A stretch of 64,000 nucleotides of DNA, from contig CATNEN010000007.1 of NCBI GenBank assembly GCA_950097015.1, forward strand, positions 13,330,001 to 13,394,000, written 5' to 3'. The DNA is from Macrostomum hystrix (lineage: Eukaryota; Animalia; Platyhelminthes). The notes under the pieces are model-generated. The model was not told where the DNA came from and did no database searches. It worked only from the letters and a program-made list of their open reading frames with translations. A program made the position numbers and the translations under genes. This document shows positions 44,560-57,700 of the stretch, piece by piece (positions within the stretch are counted from its first letter, which is position 1; the number at the start of each line of letters is the position of its first letter).

Positions 44560-45400
44560 GAATTGGCTACTTCCCAAAGGCATGGAAAACGGCCAAAGTC
44601 AGAATGCCACACAAAACCTAAAAACCACCCGACCAACCATCCAGCTTATCGTCCCATCGTCCCATCAGCCTAACCTCCTGTATAGAAAAACTTTTCAAAC
44701 GCATCATAATCAAGATAATCACACCTGTCCTCGAATCCCGCAGTCTCCTCGGTGGCCCATCAGTGCGCACACAGAGCGGAACAAAAATCTAGCGACAATA
44801 TATTCAGGATCGTGCAAGACATATATCATGAAAGAAATCTAAACAGGCATGTCGTTGGCGTATTCCTTGATGACGAAGCAGCCTTTGACTCAGTCTGGCT
44901 ATAAGAGCTCAGAAATGACCTACTTGAAGCTGAATTACCCCACACAATCGTTCACCTACTCTCTAGCTATTTCGACGGGAACTGGAAGTCATCGTCTAAA
45001 CTCTCACCAGTGCAACCGCTCGAACGAAACCCAATGACCACCGTGTCAAGAACAGTCGCTGACGACATGGCGCTCTGGGTGTGCTCAAAAAGTCCTCACT
45101 TAGCAGTCCAACTAGCTTCTCCAGAAGTTCATGACCCGACTACAAAACTGGCTAGGCACAAAGGGCATCAGGGTCAAGGCCAGCAAAGGCACAGCAGTCC
45201 ACTTCAGAAAAGGCTCTCCGAATCTTGCCGCCAACACTAACCCTGCCCCATCATGCTTAACAATTGGCCCATTTCATATGCCACCCCTGTCAAATTTCTT
45301 TGAGTGTTTCTTGACCAGACACTCAGTTTAAAAAACACATCTAGGGTAATATTCCAATCTAACATGTGTGCTCAAAATGTTGGCTAGCTGTGCCTAGAAC
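44560..45400 (+). pseudogene. Decayed non-LTR reverse transcriptase fragment
   Basis: PISLTSCIEKLFKRII, VVGVFLDDEAAFDSVW and ADDMALW in broken frames. Confidence 0.65.
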
Positions 45401-45539
45401 CGCGTGCATTGGCCCAACCAATTATCTGCCTGCGATATGTACATCGATATGCCAATCAATAGAATTGCACCACCCCCGGTTTGCTCAAATAAAATGACGC
45501 GTGCTTGGCCGACATCTAAACGAAATGCGTTTTGAAGTG

Positions 45540-45747
45540 GCAGTCAATAAATTTGCAGCCAAAAGTGTGGAATTGTCCGCAGTCAAATGGCTGGCAGTCA
45601 AATTGTCCGCAGTCAAATGCTCCGCAGTCAAATTGTCCGCAGTCAAATGCTCCGCAGTCAAATTGTCCGCAGTCAAATGCTCCGCAGTCAAATTGTCCGC
45701 AGTCAAATGGTGGAAGTCAAATGGCAGCAGTCAAATGTCGGGCTCCC
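45540..45747. repeat. 15-bp tandem repeat (GCAGTCAAATTGTCC / GCAGTCAAATGCTCC), resembling a TIR subterminal array
   Basis: About 12 alternating units ending in GTCGGGCTCCC. It generates the spurious AVKLSAVKCS ORFs. Confidence 0.85.
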
Positions 45748-45829
45748 TTACGTTTCTTCGCACCACACTAAACTACTCTCGTGCGGACTTCATACTTTAC
45801 AGTGGCGTCTCAAGCAGGCCCACCCCAGC

Positions 45830-48110
45830 TTGCCAAGCATGGCTCAATTCATCTCACTGACTCCCCCTGAGCAATTCAGCACTAGCACAGACCTGCAGAG
45901 CGCCGGTAAACGCTGGAGCAAATAGGCCGATCATTTTTGCGACTTTATCGATGCATCGGGCATCAAAGACGAAACTCAGAAGTGCAAGCTTCTTGCTTAC
46001 ACTGCTGGCAGGGAAATCACGCAAATTATTAAGGACCTGGCCGACGACAAGAAGCAGACGCTCAAGTCTCTGCTGGCAGAGCACTTCAAGGATCGCAGCA
46101 ACATCGTTTTCGCCCACTATCAGTTTCGGCTATGCATCCAGCAAACCGGTGAACCAGTCGATGTCCGCAGTCAAATGCTCCGCAGTCAAATTGTCCGCTC
46201 AAGGACTCCCTCATCAGAGACCAAATCGTCGCGACATGCTGCTCTGACAGACTCCGCCCACAGCTGCTGCAGGAATCAGACATCCCGCTCATCGACGCAC
46301 TAAAGCAAGCTCGAGCATTCGAAGCAGCAGAGCAGCAAGCCACAGCCATCGAGAACTCCTCAGGCAGCGTCGCGGCAGTGCACAGAACAGCGCCGAAGCA
46401 ATACAGCGCACCTCGACAGAACAATCAACGAGTTACGAGCGTCCCAACCAGCAGCGGACACACCACCTGCTACCGCTGCGGCGAGCGCGGACACAGCTCA
46501 TGCGACGCCACCAGAGGCAAAATCTGCTCGTCCTGCGGCGAGCCCAATCACCTGGCCAAAGCTTGCAGGCAGCGCAGACCGCAGCCCGGCTCCAGCGTCA
46601 ACGCCGTGGCCGACAGCAACGCCGAGACAGTGCTCATCGATCCCAACTCTCTGGCGGAAGAAGCCTTCACCATACAACCGCCAAAGCCGGTACAGAGGCC
46701 TAACTATGCAAACTCTCGCCTGCGGATCGAGAACAAGGACTTCGTCGTGCTGGTCGACAGCGGAGCCAGCTGTAAGGTCATGAGTGAGGAGAACTTCCGC
46801 CACCTTAGCAGAGATCAGCTGCGCAGCGCCATTCACCCGATATTTAGCTACGGATCAACCTCGCCTCTGCACGGGCATTGCCGATCTCACCGTGAACACA
46901 GCAGAAATGAGCCAGCGAGTGCCGTTCTACATCACCAAGGGCAGCAGAACCACGCTGCTGGGCCGTGACATCGCCTTCAGCATGGGAATCCTCAACATCC
47001 AGCATCCAACAGCGGAAGTCAACTCTGTGCAGCCGAACAAAGCCCAGGGTGCATCGAGTATTCAAACCCTGCTCACCAATCACGGCAACATCGACAAAGA
47101 CCTGCCAGCCGAGCTCCGCATTAGCAACATCCTTGGTGAGTTTCAGTCCCTTTTCAAAGGCCTCGGCTGCGTAAAAGGCGTCGAGGTCGATGTCCGTCTG
47201 CGAGCAGAAGTTGTGCCGGTTTGCCATCCTCCATCCAAGGGTTCCTGTCCATCAGCGGCCAGCAGTCGTCACCGAGCTGCAGGCCCTCTTGGACCAAGGT
47301 ACCATCGAGCGCGTCAACGGTCCGTCGCCGTGGGTCTCCCGAATGGTGGTCGTCCCGAAAGAGAACGGCAGCATCCGCATTTGCCAGGACCTACGCGACG
47401 TCAACTCGTTCGCTGTCCCAGAAAAGCAGCCAATACCAACTTTCGAAAAGATCACGGACGGGATGGCGGGCTCCACGGTCTTCAGTGAGCTCGACATCGC
47501 CAAGGCCTTTCATCAGATCGTCGTCAAGCCAGAATCTCGCCACATCTTCACGTTCAGCACTCCCCTAGGCCTGATAAGACTGACCAGGCTCAGCATGTGC
47601 TTCTCCAACGCGTCCGAAATTCTGCAAAGAGTAATGACAGGCGTTCTCAGCGGCCTCCGGGGTGTCCGATGGGCGCACGACGACATCACAGTCTTCGCGA
47701 GCACTGTTGAAGAGCACAACATCCGGCTGAGAGAGTGTCTGCAGCGCCTTAAGGACCACGGCATTACGCTGAACCCGGACAAGTGTCGATAGCCCAGCCC
47801 TTCATTGACTTCCTTGGGATGCGCATCAGTGCTCAGCCCGCGGCCGAGAAAATCAAGGCAGTAAAGGACTTCAAGTAGCCTTCCTCGGCTTAGCCACTTA
47901 CCTGTCCAGGTTCGTCCCAAACTTCTCTGACCTGACCCAGCCGATGCGAGAGTTGCTAAAGAAGGGTCAGACATGGTGCTGGACGGCGAAGCAACAAGAA
48001 GCATTTCAGCAAACAAGAGCCGAGATCTGCAAAGAAAGCGTCCTGGCCTTCCAACCTTCCAACAGAGGTCCACGTTGACGCATCGCCTATCGGGCTCGGA
48101 GCCAATACCT
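45830..48110 (+). pseudogene. Decayed Ty3/Gypsy gag-pol
   Basis: CYRCGERGH and CSSCGEPNHLAKAC knuckles, LVDSGAS protease, and RT motifs SPWVSRMVVVPK, RICQDLR, LDIAKAFHQI, AHDDI. Multiple frameshifts and deletions. Confidence 0.85.
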
Positions 48111-48129
48111 GGAAAAATAAAATTGCAAA

Positions 48130-50300
48130 TGGACAAATTGCAGTAAAGACGCCTGAGCAGAAAATCGATGAAAGGAAAAAATCTGAATCGACTGACGCAA
48201 CTGACGGTCATTTCGACATCTCATTCCTCAGTCAGCCTCTCCCAGAAGCAAAGACTCGGGAAGTGGAGCAAAAGCTGGCTGACAAAGAATCAGCTGTGTC
48301 CGCCGAAGAGACGACCGTGTTTGAAGATGCAAGCTTTAAGGTCCCAAAGACCAAAAAGTTCCGAAAACGGAGATCACCCATGAAGGGAGCTGACAAAAAT
48401 GACAAAGCTGTGCAGACAGTTGATTCCAGTAGAAGCTGCAACCAACACAGACAACAACCTCCTCATGGATACAGACTAGAAACGTTTGAGATCTCTAGAG
48501 GAAGGAGTAGCAGCGGTGCTTAGTGAAGTAAAGCAACTGAATATAGCTTGTCAATTGACGAGTACATTCAGAAGACTCGCAATGCACTAAAATCCTTGAC
48601 CACCAGTCTAATGCATGAATTAGAGGCAAAAGCCAAAGAAAGTCAAACGGAACTGCTGAAAGCGCTAAATATCACGAAATCCGACGTTGTGAACTATCTC
48701 AAGCAAACAAGTGGCTTAACTAAGGATGCTATTCTCAACGAAGAAAGAGCAGTCAAGGCAGAAGTAATAAAAAGTAAACAAATCAGCCACAGCCTCGAGC
48801 ATAAGGTCGGTGAACTGGTCAGTCTGCAAGCGCTGGCGTTCACTAAGGTGCAGAGTGAAGGGGCAGGACGGGAAACGTATGCTGAAAAGGCCTCGCGCTC
48901 AGTGAACCCAACAGCCTCATCAAAAATGTGACGATGGCAGCCATTGCTAGTTCAAATGCAGAGAAAACATCAGAAACTGCCGCAAGGGACTGGAAATCAG
49001 GGGAGACGGAAAGTAACAGCAGTACCAAACTGAAAATTAAAGAAGGCCTGAAAAGTACGATATAGTCGTTGTCAGCTCAAAGCTAGGTAAAGCCATTGAC
49101 TATTGCAGACTCATCCCGAATCGTTCACTACGACACTCAAGAAAGGCTCATTCAGTTACTGCAAGAGCCAAACATCAGTGCACAAGAATGCCTGGTAATT
49201 GACCTTACCCATGAACCATCAATGGAGGCGGCATACAGAGTATTCACAGCTATTGACATTGGACAAAGGCAACACTGTGTAAATTGCCTGCACCTACTCA
49301 TTATACCGGACAGTTTGACACAAACAAAACAACTCTTCGAGAAAGAACTGTGTGAGTATAGCGTTAAGCATAAGCTATTAGCATTTAACTTTTATGAAAT
49401 ACACTTCCACGACGGTGTACTCAAAAGCAGCGGAGCGAACTTTGTTTGCAATAATGTCCAAATGCATTCGAAATCTAAACTTGAAAGTAAGCCCGCATCC
49501 GACTAAAACAGAGAAACAGTGCCACAGAGAACACAGAGAACCGACTAACATAGAGAACCAGAACCAGAACCAGTGATGCACTGATACTGGCCCTGGAGGA
49601 CCAGTGCATAACAGTGCATCACTGGCATCAACACTGTTATAGAGAGTCATGAGGCAGCAATGCAACTGGCCACAGGAACTATCGAGCGCAAAGCATGCAG
49701 CTACCCAGTTCGAGATGCCAGTTTTGCCAATTACATCCGCTGCAAAAAAGACTACCGCATTAGCAACGGAAACAGCCATGTTGACAGCATTCGAGGTAAC
49801 CGCTATCGAATAAACAACGAAGACCACATAAACTTGAAAAGCGGCTATCGCGCCAACACCGGGCCAAGCAACTACCACAGAAGCAGCTTTGTAAGTACCG
49901 CAACAGATACCAACAAGTTGGTGTCAGGCGCCTCGATGACCGCCAGTTTCGTCGCGTCGACTAAGACCATCTGTCCAGTCGACGCGAGGGCTCCGTATTA
50001 GCAGTAGGTGACTTCAATGCACGAACTGGCACATTGCAGTCCAGCACTGGGGATAAGTTTTCCAGACAGAATCAGGACTCTGAGAAAAACAAGCACGGAC
50101 TAAGACTGATGGAAATGTGCCCCGAGACCAAGAGCACAATTCTAAACGGAATGGCTCAGGGCGACATTACGACGCGTATGGTACGTACAAACGTGTAGGG
50201 AAACTGCACGTTTAGTTGCGCACTAGGCCGCAGTACCATAGAATATGCTATTGCATCCATGGATAATATGAATCTTATAAAGGGCTTCTTTATTCATCCT
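48130..50300 (+). pseudogene. Decayed LINE-like ORF1 and APE fragments
   Basis: Charged, coiled-coil-like pieces with TYAEKA, then AVGDFNART, KNKHGLRLMEMC...ILNG and GRSTIEYAI (APE-like). Confidence 0.5.
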
Positions 50301-50439
50301 CAAAACTTTCCGTCTAGACATCGCCCGCTGCCCGCAGTCACTCTTAGTTTTCCTGATCATGTCCAACTAGAACACGCAACTGTGGAAAAACATGAATCCT
50401 TCCCGATGCCTCCAAGATGGGAAACTAAAAAGCAGGGAA

Positions 50440-50745
50440 GTTACGAGCGTACGTGGAGGCACCCCCCAGAAGCTTTGGTGGATCTACACGACGATCATCA
50501 GACTGTCTATCACGCATGCAAGCCTCGTCTGGGCTCGCGCAACGAGCACCCAGGGCAGCCTGGCGGCTCTCCACAAATTTAAAGGCAGAGCCTGCCGAAT
50601 GGCGCTTGGTGCCCCACCTTCCACTCCGCTTGAAGAGATGAACACCGTCCTTGGGGCGACTCTTTTGGACATTTTCGACAGGGGTGAAGCCACGAAGTGT
50701 GCCCGATGCCTTCTTGATGCCAGGCCTAGCTTCAAAAACATCAGA
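50440..50745 (+). pseudogene. Fragment of a LOA-like ORF2 related to the 17229-20933 element
   Basis: LWWIYTTIIR...[20 protein letters not shown]...DIFDRGEATK aligns to [10 protein letters not shown]...[20 protein letters not shown]...[10 protein letters not shown]. Confidence 0.85.
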
Positions 50746-50889
50746 AACATCAACATCAAAACATCAAAAACATCAGAAATATAAAAAACTGTCTAAGAAA
50801 CACTCACTCACACCGCACACAAATGACTCTGCTTTTGAGCCAGAGGTACAATTAGTCCACTTCGAACCTGGATGGATCGAGAGAGCGCG

Positions 50890-52110
50890 CTGCAGGCGAG
50901 ACCGACGGGTCCCCCTGAGCAACACCACCTCGCCGGAGGTCGTCTGATCTGCACCTGCTGCCAAGGCGCTGTCGGCTGGCCCGTCGTATGCAGCGGTGCC
51001 CGCTGCGGCCTGGTCGGACTCTTTTTAGTTAGGCAGGCGGCGCAGCTCGCCACCCAGTTCTCCGCGTCCCGCCGCAGGCCCGGCCACCAACAGCGCTCCG
51101 CCAGCCTCGCCACCGTCCTGTCAACACCGAGGTGGCCGCTCTGGTCGCTGGAATGCGCCTCCTGCAGGAAGTGCGGCCGCAGGTGGCTGGGAATGACCGG
51201 CTTGCTGTGGAACTGCAGGACGCCCTGTGAGGAGTAGACTCTGCAGGAGTAGACTGTGAAGCTGGGAACACTGAGCAAGTACGTTCTGAAGTGCTTCAGG
51301 CTCCACACCAGCGCCAGCAGCTCCCGGTCTGTCGCCGAGTAATTTCGCTCGCCTTGTTGAGCGTGCGCGATGCGAAAGCCACAGGCAGCTCAGCGTCCCC
51401 GTGCAGCTGGCTGAGCACGGCGCCCACAGCGAACTGGCTGCTGTCGCAGCTCAAAACGAACTGCTTGCTGAATTCGGGCAGCCGCAGCACCGGGGCAGTT
51501 GTCAACTTGTCCTTCAGCTCGTTGAACGTCCGCTCGCAGCCGTTGCTCCATCTGAAGTCTCTCGCTGTCTGGCTGACGTCGTGCAGCACCCTCGCAGTCT
51601 GGCTGAAGTCCTGGATGAAGCGGCGACAGAAGCCCAGCATGCCGAGGAACCGCTTCAACTCCTCTGCGATCGTCGAGCTGGACATGCTGCGGATGGCCTC
51701 CACTTGCTCGGGTCTGGCGCGATGCCCTGCTCGCTGACTAGGTGCCCCAGGTACAGCACCTGGTGGTGGCCGAAGACACTCTTCGTCCTGTGCAGCTTGA
51801 GCCCGGCGCTGCTGAAGGTTCTGCTGAAGACGATGATGTCGTCGATGTAGGTCAGCACCACCTCCCAGGACAAGCCGGGCATGACGAGCTCCATAAGGCG
51901 CTGAAATGTCGCTGGGGCGTTGCACATCCCGACGCCCATCTTGCGGAACTGCATCAGGCCGCGGGTGGAGTAGAAGGCAGTCTTTGGCCGGTCTTTCTCT
52001 GCCACCTCCACCTGGTGATAACCCTGCCGGCAATCGATGGTAGAGAACCTAACAGCCGACCAGTGCGTCCATGGCTTGCTGCAGATGCGGCAGCGGGTAG
52101 GCGTCCTTGA
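50890..52110 (-). pseudogene. Decayed Ty3/Gypsy pol (RT, RNase H, integrase zinc finger)
   Basis: KDAYPLP, IDCRQGYHQV, YIDDII, FLGM, SCDSSQFAVGAVL, AH...GHLG...CWWPGL...CAAC. Confidence 0.85.
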
Positions 52111-52620
52111 CTGTGCAGGCGCGTGGTCTTGCAGGCACTTGGTCGAGGACTGCAGCCGCTGGAACAGGGCTCGTGAGTCGAACAGCAGCCAGATCGCCGA
52201 GCTCGGCTTCCCCCGAAGGAGACCGAGGGCTGCCTCGAGCCCCGCCGCCGCCGCTTCTGATGTGGTCGAGCTGGTCCACCGTCCGGTCGGGATGCTGCCC
52301 TTAACGTCGGGGCCGATTGCCTGTCGCCGGATGATGTACCCCCTCCGCCGTTTCTGAAGCTCTTGGGCTTGCCCTTCTTGGCAATGGGCGTGATGATGGC
52401 CGTACGCCAGCTCGATGGAACCTTGCCCTCCAACCAGCTCCGGTTGAGCAGCGAGAGCAGGGCGACACAACCGATCGACGGGAGGTTTTGCAGAATCGCC
52501 TGGAGCACTCCGTCTTGCAGAAGGTGCTGCCGCTGATGCAGGGGTGCGGGTGGGTCGACGCAAGCCTCAACATCTGGGCCGGTTCCCCCAACACCGAGGT
52601 CATGTAAAAAAATTTCTTGT
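52110..52620 (-). pseudogene. Non-LTR RT and RNase H fragments abutting the Gypsy relic
   Basis: VGGTGPD, LLNRSWLEGKVPSSWRTAIITPIAKKGKP, and SEAAAAGLEAAL...LLFDSRAL. Confidence 0.6.
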
Positions 52621-52969
52621 AGTCCTTGCAGTAAATGATGCTGTTGGCGCGAAAACTCTACTGTTGAACTCAGCAAGCGGGCCTCATACAGCGAGTTCTT
52701 CATCAGCCCCATCCATCGCTCAGTATGCCCTTCCGTATACGCTGGCTCCTCTCTAGAAACGGGAAAAAACGTCCCATCACTGGCGTATCGAAGGGGTTTT
52801 ATTAAAACACTCGTAGCCATTGGCAGAAAGGGTATGACAATATAGTGATTGCTAGATAATTAAATAGCTACAGTATAGTGCTTGTGGTGCAGCAGTAGTT
52901 TAATATTAAGAACAACAGAAGTGAAGAGAGTGCACAAATCACTACATTTCCCACGGAAAATGTCACAAA

Positions 52970-53318
52970 TATCCACTACCAGATTCACTGCCCATCAACT
53001 ATCAGATCCACTGCCACATCCACTGCCCATCAACTATCAGATCCACTGCCACATCAACTACCAGATCCACTGCCACATCCACTACCAGATCCAGTGCCAC
53101 ATCCACTACCAGATCCACTACCAGATCCACTACCAGATCCACTACCAGATCCACTACCAGATCCACTACCCAGGTCCACTACCAGGTCCACTGCCACATG
53201 CACTACCAGATCCACTGCCACATCCACTACCAGATCCACTACCAGATCCACTACCAGATCCACTACCAGATCCACTACCAGATCCACTACCAGATCCACT
53301 ACCCAGGTCCACTACCAG
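52970..53318. repeat. 12-bp minisatellite (ACCAGATCCACT and variants), left part
   Basis: Directly visible; it resumes at 58340 after the Gypsy insertion. Confidence 0.95.
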
Positions 53319-53450
53319 TGACGTGCCGGGGTTTGAGCCGTGAATGAACTGTGAACTGTGTTAAGCAAGTGAACTGTGGTAGATCTGCAGGCCTGCGCGC
53401 CAACCGCACTCTGACCCAATGTACGCAGCCTGAATATTGATTATTGATGT

Positions 53451-54579
53451 ATTAATGTCTGAAGCGGCGGCAAAAGCAGGAAGAACGCAGGAAGAAGGCA
53501 GTTGGCGAAAGTGCGCCCACAGGCGAGAAGCAGCCCATGAGCGATGTGGCTGTTAGCGCGAGTTTATTTTAATTAAAGCAGCAGATAAAACTGAAAGAAA
53601 AATTTTATTTTTGAGACAGCGACAGCGATCCTCGCTTCTCAACACGGGGCGACATATATTGGGGCGCAGCCCCGGGACTTAAAATGTGCAGTCTCGGAAA
53701 TGTACGAGCACAGATGAACACGCAAAAGGGGGTGGGCGGTAGGCGGCGGAGAGAGGGCAGAGAGAGAGGAGGGCCGCGCGCTCTGACATTAAAAACGGGT
53801 AAAGCCGCGAGCTGCTTTACCCACCCATTAATGTCTGAAGCGGCGGCAAAAGCAGGAAGAACGCAGGAAGAAGGCAGTTGGCGAAAGTGCGCCCACAGGC
53901 GAGAAGCAGCCCAAAGCCAAGGCAGGGAAGGAACAAAAAAAACAAAAGAAAAGAAAAGAACAGAAGAGTCAGGTTGAGGCCAACGCGGGCAGGGGGCTGT
54001 TAGGGCAGTGCGCAGCCGCCGATTCCACCGCGCGACGGCGCGCTTCGCAGCTCGGCTTGATGTAGCGAAAGACAGAGTCGCTGCGCCAGTCTCCCAAGGC
54101 CATCACCTCTTGCACCGACGCACCAGCACCAGCAAAGAAAGACGCTCCACCTCTGCGCAGAGAGTGCCCCGAAATGGCCGAAGGGTCGAGCCCAGCCGCA
54201 ACCGCCGATCTGAAGAGCTGCTTTGTGAACTGCGACCGACAGACGGGGACCAGACGCTGGCCGCTACGAAAAGAGAACAGCAGCGATTCGGGTCCATCCA
54301 CAGCGCAGCGGCTGCGGTTGAGGTGCAGGAGAACTGCGCTGATTTTATTTTTTATTTTATTTTTGAGACAGCGACAGCGATCCTCGCTTCTCAACACGGG
54401 GCGACATATATTGGGGCGCAGCCCCGGGACTTAAAATGTGCAGTCTCGGAAATGTACGAGCACAGATGAACACGCAAAAGGGGGTGGGCGGTAGGCGGCG
54501 GAGAGAGGGCAGAGAGAGAGGAGGGCCGCGCGCTCTGACATTAAAAACGGGTAAAGCCGCGAGCTGCTTTACCCACCCA
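53451..54579 (-). mobile_element. Miniature Ngaro derivative with full split-direct-repeat layout A1-[YR tail]-B1-A2-B2
   Basis: A repeats (226 bp) at 54354-54579 and 53602-53827. B repeats (87 bp) at 53827-53913 and 53451-53537. The internal piece encodes only SGHSLRRGGA...LGDWRSDSVFRY. Confidence 0.88.
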
Positions 54580-54735
54580 CTCAACACCTGTTGACTTTTA
54601 AGCCTTGTTGACTCGTCTACTTATATATATATGCAAGTGTATCGTGAAACATCGTGACTAATAAACTAAATTCGCTACTAACCCAAACCAAGCCTATGGG
54701 CAGTCTTGCCTTATACTCCTGAGCACGGCTTGACA

Positions 54736-57700
54736 ATGGCGTCGCAAGCATCTGAACTAAACCTGGAAGATCCAGACACAGCCGAAGCCTGGCTGCTCAG
54801 TTTCGCGGCCGCTGCACGGACCAAGAAACTGAAGGATTCGGAAGAGGAACACCAGATCACTGATCTATTCCTCTCGAGGGCAGGCCTCAAGGCACTGAGA
54901 ACCCTGACCCTCATGGCTGCCCCAGACAGCCTGGAGACCAAAACATTCGCACAGATCCGCGACATCATCGATGCAACCATTCGGCCCAAGCGGCGCCTCA
55001 CCATTGCCGAGAGGGTGAAATTCCTCTCCCTCAGGCAGGATCCGAGCGAAGGCGTCGCATCGTACTACCGCCGGCTCCGAGCAGCTGCTGCCTCGTGCAG
55101 TTTTGAGAAGCTAGGCTCGAAACAGACCTGTGAGGACGAACTCATCACCATGAGGCGCGTGGACGGTCTTGCCTCCGTGGACCACAAGCGCAGACTGCTG
55201 GAGAGGATGCAGGGCATCGACATGCTGCTGACCGATGTGCTGCAAGAGCTTGAGCAGTTGGAGCAGATTCGCTACTACAACGCCGGCACCGGGCCCACCG
55301 TCACCACCGAGTCAAGCATCGCCTATGCAGGTCGGCGCGCCGCACCTCCACAGCTTCCTCCGGACACCAGATCGCCGAGGCACACAACCAGGACGAAGTG
55401 CCAATACTGTGGCGGTTCGCACCAGCAGGGCTCATGCCCCGCCTTCGGCAAAAGGTGCACCACCTGCAACAAGAAAAACCACTACGCAGCCGTTTGCAGG
55501 TCCCGCACTGTGCACTTGGAGACCTGGGAGGAGGACGATGATGCCGCCCCGAAGCCAGATGCCGCCAACGTCTTCGTCATCAGACCGGAGAACAAGGAGC
55601 GAAAAGGCATCTTCCGGCGCGTCAAGATCAACGGCAAAGAGCTGCAGATGCAAGTGGACACAGGCGCCGACGTAAGCCTCATTCCCAGGGGCCACTGGGA
55701 GATGCTCGGGCGTCCAGCGCTGAGGAAGTCCAAGCGAATCCTGAGGCAATTTGATGGATCAATAATCAAGACCCTGGGCGAGTTCACAGCAACGTGGAAT
55801 GATAAAGACAAGTTCCGCACTGTCGACTTGGTTGTCACTGCAGCACACAAGTCACACGGGCTGTTGGGCCTCGACAACCTGGATTGGAACTCTGAGAGGC
55901 AGACAGTCGGTGGCCAAGGCACTGCAGTACAGCACCTCAATTGCCTGAAGGGTTTCCAAGCCAGAATCAAGCTGATCGAAGGTGCCAAGCCATTCTACTG
56001 CGCAGCCAGAGCGGTGCCGCTGCACCTGCGCGACCGCGTCAACCAAGAGCTGAAGCGCCTCCAGGCTGAAGGAATAATTGAACCAGTGACCGAAGGCGGT
56101 AGCGAGTGGGCGTCACCAATCGTCTGCGTCCTCAAACCCAACGGCAACATCAGAATTTGTGCCGATTACAAGGCGGGGGTCAATCATCAAGTGTGCGGAG
56201 ACACCTATCCAATGCCAACCGTCGAGACCATCTTCTCGGATGTCGCCGGAATGACTGACTTCGCGACCCTCGACCTATCTGACGCGTATCTACAGATTGA
56301 ACTCGAGGAGAAGAGCAGGGAAGTCACTACGATTGCGACCCCACTCGGTCTGTTTCGCTACACCCGACTCGTGCCGGGCCTCAAGTCAGCATCCGCCATC
56401 TTTCAAAAGGCCATGGAGACTACCCTTGAGGAGGTGAACGGCAAGGTCATCTATCAAGACGATATTCTGCTCGGAGGTCGCTCCAGCGAAGATCTCAAAG
56501 CCAAAGTCGATGAAGTAATTAAGATCCTCCAGGCAGCCGGAATGAACATAAATCTCGCCAAGTCCAACTTGGGCGCCAAGAGCGTCAAGTTCCTCGGCTA
56601 CAGAATCGGTGCAGAAGGAATCTCTCCGGACCCTGGACTGGTCAGCAAGATCAAAGAAATCTCTGCACCACGCGACCGTCGCCAGTTGGAGTCCTTCCTC
56701 GGCCTCTGCAATTTCTTCGGAAGGTTCGTCAACAATTATGCGCACATCGTCGAGCCCCTGAACCAGCTGCGCAAGAAGGGAGTGGAGTTCACTTGGACAA
56801 CTGCACAGGAGGCGGCCTTCCACCAGCTAAAGAAGCTCCTGAGCTCCAGCCCGATCATCCAGCCATACGACCGGACAAAGGAAACAACGCTCACGACCGA
56901 CGCCAGTGAGAAGGCGGTGGCCGCCGTGCTCACGCAAGAAGGTCATCCCGTCATCTACTTCAGCAGGCGGTTGACGGAGGCAGAGACACGCTACTCCAAC
57001 ATCGAACGGGAGGCGCTGGCGATTGTGTGGTCAATGGAGAGGTCCCGTCAGTTCCTACTGGGCAAGCGCTTCACTCTGCGAACCGACCACCGCCCTCTCG
57101 AGTTTCTGTTCGGGGCACGGCAGCAGCTCCCTAAAGTCGCCAATGCCCGCATCCTGCGCTGGGCGATCCGCCTCATGGGATTTGACTTCGCTATTGAGTA
57201 CGCCCGCGGAGTCGACATCCCGCACGCCGATGCGTTGTCTCGTCTTGACTTCGCTGACGTCCCGGACGATCCATATGAGGCGGCACCCCAACAAAACCGG
57301 CATTGGGCCGGTGAAAGCGTCATCGGCTGGACTGAGCTGGCAGAGGAGACAAAGCGCGATAGACTGCTAGCGGACATCACTCGAAGGATAGCTGGAAACC
57401 GTTGGTCGGGTTGCTCGCCTGCGGAACGGCAATTCAAAGCAATTCGACATGCGCTCACTCTAGACGGCTCGGTGGTGTGCTACGGCGATCGCCCGGTCAT
57501 TCCTGCTTCACTACGCAGTCGCGTCCTGGAATTGGTGCACAGCGGGGCGCATCCGGGCGCCACGAGCACTCGAGCGCTGGTCCGCAACTCCGTCTGGTGG
57601 CCAGGCTACTGCGGTGACGTCGAAGGATTCGTCCGTGCCTGCCACACCTGCGCCAAGCAACGTCAAAGTAGTCACAGCAGTGTCCACCAATGGCCCGCCG

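Noticed and set aside
45485-45925. Repeat-protein ORFs (AVKLSAVKCS, TADNL, PQSNC)
   Set aside because: Artefacts of the 15-bp DNA repeat being open in several frames.
52882-53343. YQIH / PDPL / STTR / VVDL repeat ORFs (also at 58214-58521)
   Set aside because: Translations of the 12-bp minisatellite.
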